Positions 8,763 to 16,855 of a stretch of DNA of 64,000 nucleotides are shown piece after piece; position 1 is the first letter of the stretch; each line of letters starts with the position of its first letter. Position numbers and translations under genes: made by a program. The notes beneath the pieces were generated by a model that was given only the letters and a program-made list of their open reading frames with translations, searched no databases and was not told where the DNA came from. Source of the stretch: a virus (Duplodnaviria > Caudoviricetes); IMG/VR virus record IMGVR_UViG_3300030419_006251, positions 64,001 through 128,000 of that record; one strand, given 5' to 3'.

Positions 8763-9908
8763 TTACCTCAAGCCGGCACCTTCGATATCAGAGGTGATAC
8801 ATCTGAGGGCTGCAGTAAAGCCTGTGACTGCCGGATCCAGCGTGGTCCAGGACGATCCGTTGGTGCTATAAGCTACTTGACCGCCGCCGCCGCAAAGAAC
8901 AATAGTGCTGTGATCTGTCGCGATTGAATATATAACATTTGAGCCCCAATCTTCGTCGGTTCCAGTCCACACATTTGTCCAGTTTGTCCCATCCGCACTG
9001 CGCATTAACCTTCCATTGGCGCCGCCGACGATAAATTCGTTAATAGAGCCGGCCGCGAAGACAGCAGAATTCAAATGGTTAGAGCCGCTTTGAGAACTAG
9101 TGCGTTCTGTCCAGTTGACTCCATCATCAGTGCTAGTGGCAAGCTTGTTACCATCCATCACGGCTAACCAAGTGCCGTTGTCAGACTTATATACAATATC
9201 GCGGATTCCTTTGCCGCTGACGACTACGCCCCGATCGGTCCAGTTAACCCCATTATCACTAGTGGTCCAGATGCGATCTTTCAGGCTGAGCAGCCAAACA
9301 TTCGATGTACCACCTTTATGCGCGATACAATACTGGCCAGTGTTAACTGTATTGTCGAGTTCAACAACGGTCCAGTTTGCGCCGCCGTCAGTTGATCTAA
9401 TAAGGCCTTCATAGTTCTGCGGATCTTCGCCGGTTGCGCCCATGAGGTTCGCCATCATCCAGACACCATTTCCATAAGCTGTGGATCTGCCAAAATCTGC
9501 ACCTCTGGGACTTAGACTTGCGCCTGTTGAGCCGATATCAAGACTGAGATTTGGTGTTGTCCAGTTATTAGAATCTGTTAAATCATCGGCAGTGTTTGCA
9601 TATGACATATTAACGCTATTAGTCTTGTTGTTGAACATTATACGCTGATTTCCAGAATTATCTTGCCCAATAGCCGTGCTAACAGCCACAACAGAACCGA
9701 CATCGACGAGTTCAGACCATCCGCCTGAAGCGTTGGCTGTGGTTGTACGAAAGATTTTCCCACCAGAAGAGCCAATATACCATGCGGTGGCCACCGAAGA
9801 AGAGCCCGTCTCCAGACCTATAACTTCGTCCACATTACTCTTCGTGACTCCATTAATCTTTTTTACATCGTCATCTTCAACACCAAGTATTTTATCCCAT
9901 TCCGCCAT
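8763..9908 (-). CDS. Asp-box (BNR-repeat) beta-propeller protein, probable virion adhesin
   Basis: Repeated S/T-x-D-x-G-x-x-W motifs: RSTDGGANW, TTSDNGVNW, TSTDDGVNW, RSADGTNW, YSTNGSSW. Confidence 0.75.
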   Translation of the reverse strand: MAEWDKILGVEDDDVKKINGVTKSNVDEVIGLETGSSSVATAWYIGSSGGKIFRTTTANASGGWSELVDVGSVVAVSTAIGQDNSGNQRIMFNNKTNSVNMSYANTADDLTDSNNWTTPNLSLDIGSTGASLSPRGADFGRSTAYGNGVWMMANLMGATGEDPQNYEGLIRSTDGGANWTVVELDNTVNTGQYCIAHKGGTSNVWLLSLKDRIWTTSDNGVNWTDRGVVVSGKGIRDIVYKSDNGTWLAVMDGNKLATSTDDGVNWTERTSSQSGSNHLNSAVFAAGSINEFIVGGANGRLMRSADGTNWTNVWTGTDEDWGSNVIYSIATDHSTIVLCGGGGQVAYSTNGSSWTTLDPAVTGFTAALRCITSDIEGAGLR

Positions 9909-9918
9909 ACTATGTTCC

Positions 9919-12900
9919 TTAGTCTACCTCGACCCAAGTTCTATCTGGATTAAAGTAAATCAATACATCGCCACCATCATCATCAATCGCATAGCCTACA
10001 ACTCTGACGAAATCGCTCGAACCAGAAGGGGCAGTAAAGTCAAAGTGTCCTGCGGTTGTAGACACATAAACCGGTAGTCCATCAACTGCTCCGGAGCCTG
10101 GAGTGTTAAGGATCTCTGTGCTTGGAATTCTCACATATCCCTCAATCAAAACACCCACTGAGCGTGCAGAGCCTAATCCAACTCCAAGAAGTTGCGATGC
10201 ACCAGTGGCTACGGCATCCGCGTCGGTGGAATCCCAAGTACCATCAGTGTGTAGGAAGTATAGTTGGCCAACTGTGAGACTATCGTCTGCTCCGGGCGAG
10301 TATTTCAAGATCTGGCCACCACCTTGCCCATCAGACATCTGGTTTTCGAAGGTTATTGTGTGGAAGTCTTGCGCAACACTAAGTGCAGTCTTTGGAGCGT
10401 CTACATTCACACCCAAACGGCCCACAGAATCGAGTACCATTTTTTGTGAGGCTGTTGCTGAGTTTCCGGTTCTAAAAGATAACGATGTTGCGTTGCTGGA
10501 GCTAGAGAAGTCGCCTTCTGCTACAGCTGCAATACCTGCGGCGACCAAAACAGCATCAGTGCCGGCGCCTTCGTCTGGGGCTTGGAAAGAAATTTGCCCA
10601 AGAAGGTCTCCATTGGCAATATCGTTGTCGCCAGTTTGGAAGGTTAAAGTAGGAAAGCTGTCATCAGCTGTATTATTGTGTTTGAGAATGAGGCCCACAT
10701 TATGAACATGGGTTAGCTGTATTTCTTCATTCGCCCCGAAGCTAAGAGTCGCTCCATCAGTCAATATCCCCACATCGCCATCAGATTCTATTGCCACCTT
10801 TGTGGTTGCTGCTTCTGATGCTCCAGTCATAAATTGTAGAGTAGTGGCATTGTTGTCGGCAGCAAAGTTTCCTTCGGACACAGCCTGGATGGCCGCGGCT
10901 ACAAGAATTGCATCTGTGCCGGTGCCTTCGTCCGGTGCCTGGAATGCAATCCTGCCCAAAACATCGTCTGCTGCGATGTCCGTATCACCGGTTTGAAGTG
11001 TAAAAGTTGGATATTTATCGTCGGCGGTGGCGTCATGCTTCAGGATTAAGCCAGTGTCAGCGACATGAGTTAGTTTAATCTCGTTATCGTCGCCGAAAGA
11101 AATGTTGGCTCCGTCTGCCAGAAACAGGTCGCTCCACTGAAGTGAAGAAGTACCCAAATAGGCACCGTCTTGGGCATCAGGAGTGATACCGACAGCCACT
11201 TTAACAGTCGTATCGTCGTCTAACCTTAAAGTTTCGGTACCATCATACTGTTTGAATATAATGTCTTTCGCATCGACCTTGTTCTGAATTACAACATCAC
11301 TTGAAGAATTAAAGATTCGCAACATTTCTGTGCCGTCGTCTTCGTAAATGATTCCTGAAGCAGCTGTGCCTGCATCGAGGGTGATTCCGCCTGCAGATTC
11401 AATATTGATCGAGTCGACTGCTGTGCCGTCGGACACGATGTCTAAGTCGCCATCTGCGTTAGAACCAATATATAGCCCAGAGTCCCTAAACTGTAAGCGC
11501 ATAGCAGCGTTAAGCAGCAATGCAGTATCAGCGACATGAGTTAGTGTGACATCACTATCAGCACCAAATTTTATGATAGATCCGTCAGATTTAAGAGATA
11601 AATTATCTCCAACTTCGACATGCCCACCATCGGTAAAGCGAATCACTTCTGTTCCGTCATACTGCTTGAACAAAAAGTCATCACCATTAACTTTAAGTTG
11701 CATAACGACCGCGCCGCCCACTCCATCCATATCAAGCGTCAACTGCGATGTGCCGCCATCTTGGAAGTCGATATCGCCAGTGGCAGAATCCAAAGTAATT
11801 GCGCCATCGGAATCAAGCGTTATTGGGTTCGCCGCAATGGTTAATCCAGTTGTACCATCATGAGTAAATGTGGCGTCCTTGCCGGCGCCCAACCCAAGCA
11901 CAGCACTATCTGTTAACAAATATACATCATTACCTATAATGGCGTCTTTTGCAACGCTTAGGCCACCATCAGTTTGTAAAGAGCCGTCGGTGGTGCTAGT
12001 TGCGTCTGTAGCATCATCTGTAATAATTCTGCCAGAAACAGTCAATAAACCAGCGGAAGAAAGGCTCATTTTTTCGGCTGCGGCTTCTGAAGCTCCCGTC
12101 ATAAACTCTAATCTTGTAGCGTTGCTTGACGAGGAATGATCGCCCTCTGCCACCGCTTGAATTGCAGCAGAAACGAGAACAGCGTCTGTTCCTGTTCCTT
12201 CGTCTGGAGCTTGGAATGCAATCTTACCGATGACATCGTTTGCTGCCATGTCGGTTTCACCAGTTGCCAGCGTAAGCACGATTGGCTTGTCATCGGCGGT
12301 GGCCGTATGTTTGAGCGTCAAGCCAGTATCTGCGACATGCGTTAGTGTAATTTCGTTATCGTCTCCAAAAGAAATAACCGCGGCGTCGGCCAAGAACAGA
12401 TCGCTCCACTGTAGTGATGAGGTACCTAAATAGGCGCCATCTTGAACATCTGGAGTGATGCCCACGGCCACTTTAACTGTTGTATCGTCGTCAATACGAA
12501 GAGCTTCAGTACCGTCATATTGCTGGAATATTATATCTTTTGCATCTTGGAGGGGCTTTATGACAACATCACCACTGCTATTGGCAATATTTAGCTTATT
12601 TCCCACTAAGCCTAAAGAAGCATTATCTTCAATACGAATCACTTCTGTACCATCATATTGAGAGAAGACCATATCGTCTGAATCAACGGCTGGTTTCATA
12701 ATAACTTCGCCGGCTGTGCCGTCTAGATCAAATGCGATTTGATCGGTACCGCCATCTTGAAGTTTGATGTCTCCAGTTGTTGAGTTGAGATGTAGCTCGC
12801 CGGTTGAATCAATCGAAATTGGCGTTGCTGCGATTGTAAGGCCGGTTGTGCCATCGTGAGTCAAAGTGGCATCATTTCCAGCACCCATATTAATAACACA

Positions 12901-15447
12901 CGAGTCTGATGTTAGCGAAAGATCATCACCAACTGTAAGATCTGTAGCTACTTTAACTGTTGTATCGTCGTCAAGCCTGAGAGTTTCAGTGCCGTCGTAT
13001 TGCTGGAATACAATGTCTTTCGCATCAACCTTATTTTGGATTAGAACATCGCCTGAATCATTGTGGATTCGTAACATTTCTGTCCCATCATCTTCGTAAA
13101 TGATTCCCGAGCCGGCTGTACCTGCGTCGAGAGTAATTCCACCTGCAGATTCAATATTGATCGAATCAACGGCAGTACCATCAGATACAATGTCCAAGTC
13201 GCCGTCCGCGTTTGAATAAATGTAAAGGCCACTATCTCTAAAGTTTAATTTATTGCCGCCATTAACTACAATCGATGATTCGCTACCATCCATAACCATG
13301 AAAGTGATATCTGTGGTGTTATCTGTTCCTTTGAAAACGATATCACTATTGCCTTCGGCAGCATCAATTGTAATATTGCCCTCGGTTGTCGTAATAACGA
13401 CTGCGGCGTCACCGGCGCTAATATCGTCTGCTGCGGTCGAGCCGCCGCCGCTCGAACCCGCTGCTGCCCACGAAAGCACACCCGAACCATTGGTTGTAAG
13501 TTGTTGTCCGTTCGAACCATCTGCTGTCGGCAGTGTATATGTAATATCTCCAGATTGAGCACCAACCTTAAAGGCTGTATAGTTAGTACCATCGTCACTG
13601 TCTTCGTAAATTCTTAACTCGCCCGAGCCGGCGCTTCCATTTGCAATTGCAACATAGCCGCCATCATTGACTTCGAGAATTGTCCTACCGTCATATTGGT
13701 TGAACTTAAGGTCCTTCGCATCTGTTAGGGCTTGAAAAACCGCGTCACCAGAGCTATTTGCAATTTTTACATAATCTGTAGTATCGTCTTTGAAAGCAAC
13801 ATGGCCACCATCAGCATTAAGGAAAATGTTACCAGCAACATCAAGAGTAAGATCCCCGGACGAAAGGTCTATTTCTGTTCCGTCAATTGTAATGTTGTCT
13901 ACAACAATTCCAGCGTTTGAGGTAATTGCTCCACCAGAAGTAATCGTGCTTGTTGTGGTAATGGTATCTACGAAAGCATCTTTCCAGCGAACACCAGTTG
14001 TCCCTAAGTCAACATCGCTGTCGGTTTGTGGCCCAAAAACTCCGTCGGCAACATAAACTTGTTCTGCGTTTGCGGCATAAAAATGAATTTCATCCGCAGT
14101 TTCAAAATCGATTTTGGTCTGATCATCCTCGCCAATTTTAATGTCCTCCGCAAGCAGGGAAGTAATTGTCGTTTGAGCAGCGCTAATTGCTAAATCAATC
14201 GTGTTATCACCATCTTGATATGTCGCAGTTAAGCCAGTCTCTGTGTTGCTGGAAAACATTGCGCCGGCAGTGTCAGCAATCACTTCTGCTAAAGCTGTCC
14301 CATCTACCGTAATTGCATCGGCTTCGAGGGTGCCATCAATATCAGCGTTTCCGCTAATATCAAGAGTTGCCGCATCAAGCTCGCCGGCGATAGTAACATT
14401 GCCAGAACTGTCCACAGTCAACCGATCGGTATTTCCGCCGGCATCGATGCGCAATTTGTCGGTGCTGTGGTCATAGTAAAGCATTCCCGACGCGGCTGCG
14501 GCGTTATCGCCAAACTCAATGAGAGCGATATTGTTGGCCGAGCCTACGAACTGCAGCGCAGGCCGTGCATCATCTTCAATGATGATTGGCGCGTTGCTTG
14601 AATAGGTGCCGCCACTTGAGGAGTCTCGCTTCGCGTGTATTTCGGCTTCAGCTTGCTCTGTGCCTGCACCTATGCGTTCGACCGATAAGTTAGCAGGCGT
14701 AAACGACAGGTCGCCAGTAGAAGCGCCCGTTGCCGTGGTAGTCGCCAGCACAAACTCGTCGCGCGACTCGTCCCAGAGGATCGCTGCATTGTTCCCGGTT
14801 GAGCCGCGCTCAATAATAATGCCACTATCAGCGCCAGTGCTGGCGCCAGTCGCCAACTCAATCAGTCTATCTTCTATTACCGTATTTGTTGTAGAAAGAG
14901 TTGTTGTTGTGCCGTTGACTGTAAGGTTTCCTGCGACAGTGACATTTTGGGAACTATCTATAAGTAAGGCGTCGGTACCAGCCGTTCTAATCGCCATGCC
15001 TCTGGAGCCATGATCATACTTAATATAAGATTCGTCTGGATCGCTAGAATCTGGGAAGTATAACCCGACGACATGAATCGAGCCTCCCAATATAGATATG
15101 CCGGCGTTGCCGTCGCTCTCAACTACCAATTCGTCTGCTTTTGCATCAATACTTGTAATGCCGCTGTCTGCGGTCTTAACATGGAGTTTACCTAATGGTG
15201 TAGATTCTCCAATTCCTACTCTATCAGCGGATGCATCAACAACAAGCATGTTATCATCAGCCAATCCTTTGACTACAAAATCATAACTACTGCCATCTGT
15301 ATTTAATGTAGTGGGGCCATATACATTAAGTGTGCTGGAGCCAGAAACCGTCAAAGATCCCGTAACTGCAGTGTCTCCGTAAATCGTCAAAGAGCCCGTA
15401 ACTTGGGCGCCTGCAGACGATGATAAGTGTGATGAATATACAGGCAT
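9919..15447 (-). CDS. 1842-aa fibre-like virion protein with multiple internal repeats
   Basis: D/G/T/A-rich beta-strand repeats. Recurrent QYDGTE.(I/L)R, LTHVADT.L and FQAPDEG.GTDA.LV.A.I.AV.EG modules, and LG....(R/Q)W motifs typical of trimeric fibres. Confidence 0.75.
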   Translation of the reverse strand: MPVYSSHLSSSAGAQVTGSLTIYGDTAVTGSLTVSGSSTLNVYGPTTLNTDGSSYDFVVKGLADDNMLVVDASADRVGIGESTPLGKLHVKTADSGITSIDAKADELVVESDGNAGISILGGSIHVVGLYFPDSSDPDESYIKYDHGSRGMAIRTAGTDALLIDSSQNVTVAGNLTVNGTTTTLSTTNTVIEDRLIELATGASTGADSGIIIERGSTGNNAAILWDESRDEFVLATTTATGASTGDLSFTPANLSVERIGAGTEQAEAEIHAKRDSSSGGTYSSNAPIIIEDDARPALQFVGSANNIALIEFGDNAAAASGMLYYDHSTDKLRIDAGGNTDRLTVDSSGNVTIAGELDAATLDISGNADIDGTLEADAITVDGTALAEVIADTAGAMFSSNTETGLTATYQDGDNTIDLAISAAQTTITSLLAEDIKIGEDDQTKIDFETADEIHFYAANAEQVYVADGVFGPQTDSDVDLGTTGVRWKDAFVDTITTTSTITSGGAITSNAGIVVDNITIDGTEIDLSSGDLTLDVAGNIFLNADGGHVAFKDDTTDYVKIANSSGDAVFQALTDAKDLKFNQYDGRTILEVNDGGYVAIANGSAGSGELRIYEDSDDGTNYTAFKVGAQSGDITYTLPTADGSNGQQLTTNGSGVLSWAAAGSSGGGSTAADDISAGDAAVVITTTEGNITIDAAEGNSDIVFKGTDNTTDITFMVMDGSESSIVVNGGNKLNFRDSGLYIYSNADGDLDIVSDGTAVDSINIESAGGITLDAGTAGSGIIYEDDGTEMLRIHNDSGDVLIQNKVDAKDIVFQQYDGTETLRLDDDTTVKVATDLTVGDDLSLTSDSCVINMGAGNDATLTHDGTTGLTIAATPISIDSTGELHLNSTTGDIKLQDGGTDQIAFDLDGTAGEVIMKPAVDSDDMVFSQYDGTEVIRIEDNASLGLVGNKLNIANSSGDVVIKPLQDAKDIIFQQYDGTEALRIDDDTTVKVAVGITPDVQDGAYLGTSSLQWSDLFLADAAVISFGDDNEITLTHVADTGLTLKHTATADDKPIVLTLATGETDMAANDVIGKIAFQAPDEGTGTDAVLVSAAIQAVAEGDHSSSSNATRLEFMTGASEAAAEKMSLSSAGLLTVSGRIITDDATDATSTTDGSLQTDGGLSVAKDAIIGNDVYLLTDSAVLGLGAGKDATFTHDGTTGLTIAANPITLDSDGAITLDSATGDIDFQDGGTSQLTLDMDGVGGAVVMQLKVNGDDFLFKQYDGTEVIRFTDGGHVEVGDNLSLKSDGSIIKFGADSDVTLTHVADTALLLNAAMRLQFRDSGLYIGSNADGDLDIVSDGTAVDSINIESAGGITLDAGTAASGIIYEDDGTEMLRIFNSSSDVVIQNKVDAKDIIFKQYDGTETLRLDDDTTVKVAVGITPDAQDGAYLGTSSLQWSDLFLADGANISFGDDNEIKLTHVADTGLILKHDATADDKYPTFTLQTGDTDIAADDVLGRIAFQAPDEGTGTDAILVAAAIQAVSEGNFAADNNATTLQFMTGASEAATTKVAIESDGDVGILTDGATLSFGANEEIQLTHVHNVGLILKHNNTADDSFPTLTFQTGDNDIANGDLLGQISFQAPDEGAGTDAVLVAAGIAAVAEGDFSSSSNATSLSFRTGNSATASQKMVLDSVGRLGVNVDAPKTALSVAQDFHTITFENQMSDGQGGGQILKYSPGADDSLTVGQLYFLHTDGTWDSTDADAVATGASQLLGVGLGSARSVGVLIEGYVRIPSTEILNTPGSGAVDGLPVYVSTTAGHFDFTAPSGSSDFVRVVGYAIDDDGGDVLIYFNPDRTWVEVD

Positions 15448-15740
15448 TAGTCTTCTACCTCCTCAAGAACAAATTTATACTTCTTGCCGGTTTTGTTGTT
15501 CGTTATTGATAAATAGTCTTCTTCCTCAACTATTGACCAGCTACCACGATCATTTTCTAAGTGCAAATCTCCTGTATGAAAGTTGTTGACATATATATGA
15601 TCCCATCGCCTCTCGTCGTCGCCCAGATCGCAAGAAGTACCAGTTGCTGGCACTAGAGAATTGCGCATAATCTTGATATTATCTTTGCCCGTAGGGCGGA
15701 TACCTTCTGCGTCATCAGCGTACTTTATTCGTCTAGCCAT
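15447..15740 (-). CDS. Small fibre-associated protein, paralogous to the C-terminus of the 348-aa neighbour
   Basis: HTGDLHLENDRGSWSIVEEEDYL...GKKYKFVLEEV matches YTGDLHLKNDRGDWTIIEEADYL...GKRYKIMMEEI. TAATG stop/start coupling on both sides. Confidence 0.75.
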   Translation of the reverse strand: MARRIKYADDAEGIRPTGKDNIKIMRNSLVPATGTSCDLGDDERRWDHIYVNNFHTGDLHLENDRGSWSIVEEEDYLSITNNKTGKKYKFVLEEVED

Positions 15741-16786
15741 TAGTCGTCGATTTCCTCCATCATAATTTTATACCTTTTGCCGTTAGCATTATTCGTCAAA
15801 GTTAGGTAGTCTGCTTCCTCGATAATTGTCCAGTCGCCACGATCATTTTTGAGATGAAGGTCGCCTGTATATAAGTTGGCCCAACGCTTACTAGCTGAGC
15901 CGAGATTTCTGGTATTGTCAGCATTTGGCAATATGTTTCCATCTGACACAACATCGGAGCCTCCCGGGTCTAAAGTAATATCTCCAGACTCTGCCGATGC
16001 AATTGTCAAGGCACTATCAGAAGCCACAGCTAGCGTTGCATAGCTATTAGAATCATAAGAAAGCTTAAGTTGTGTGCCTGTATCTAGTATTTCAAGTTGC
16101 GCATCAGGATCCGAGAGGCCTCCGGAGTTACTACCAATTCCAACCTTGCTATCTGACTTTATGTGTATCGCATCATGGCCGTTCGTTCTAATAGCCATTG
16201 CATCTGTACCGTGATCATATTTCACATAAGCGTGATCTGTGTCGCTTGCATTTGGAAAATAGAGGCCGGCGGTATGTATCGAGCCAGCCAAGAGGGAAAT
16301 GCCAGTATTTGTGCTGTTTTCAACAACCAAATCATCACCAATAGCATCTATACTACTGATGCTACTAGCCGCGGTTCTCACATGCACTGTGGCCGACGGA
16401 GTAAAAACCGCTACAGGGCCGGCGGCAACCTTTCCATAGAACTGGTGTGTATCGCCAGAACTATCACCAAACTTTGTATCTCCATCTACTTCAATTGATG
16501 AGACATCTTTAATATAATAATTGGTAGCATAAATTGAGCCCGTTACAGAAACATCGCCAACGATATGAACCTTGTGATCTGAGTGTGGAAGGCCGCGGCC
16601 GACATCCATATCGCCGACGCCATCCCATGTTGTTAGGCCGATGCCAATATTGTTTGAAGCAGTAGAATAAACAAAGTATTGACTACCACTTAAAGCGTTA
16701 CAGTCGGTCCGAAACTGGACAGAGCCCGTAGGCCCACCAACGCTGTTTAAATAATCTAAATAAGTATAAGCCCAACCGCTTGGCAT
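15740..16786 (-). CDS. 348-aa fibre/spike-like virion protein
   Basis: GGP.GSVQF, FGDSSGDTHQF.G, VGIG...PDAQLEI and NLGSASKRWANLY are fibre-type motifs. Confidence 0.7.
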   Translation of the reverse strand: MPSGWAYTYLDYLNSVGGPTGSVQFRTDCNALSGSQYFVYSTASNNIGIGLTTWDGVGDMDVGRGLPHSDHKVHIVGDVSVTGSIYATNYYIKDVSSIEVDGDTKFGDSSGDTHQFYGKVAAGPVAVFTPSATVHVRTAASSISSIDAIGDDLVVENSTNTGISLLAGSIHTAGLYFPNASDTDHAYVKYDHGTDAMAIRTNGHDAIHIKSDSKVGIGSNSGGLSDPDAQLEILDTGTQLKLSYDSNSYATLAVASDSALTIASAESGDITLDPGGSDVVSDGNILPNADNTRNLGSASKRWANLYTGDLHLKNDRGDWTIIEEADYLTLTNNANGKRYKIMMEEIDD

Positions 16787-16808
16787 TTTTACATATCTCC
16801 TTTGCTAG

Positions 16809-16816
16809 TAAATAGT
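16809..16816 (-). promoter_or_regulatory. ACTATTTA candidate late promoter (second copy, ACTAATTA, at 16853-16860)
   Basis: 23 nt upstream of the ATG at 16786. Confidence 0.5.
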
Positions 16817-16855
16817 GTCGACATCACTAAGTAGCATCAAGAAGCACCAAGTTAA

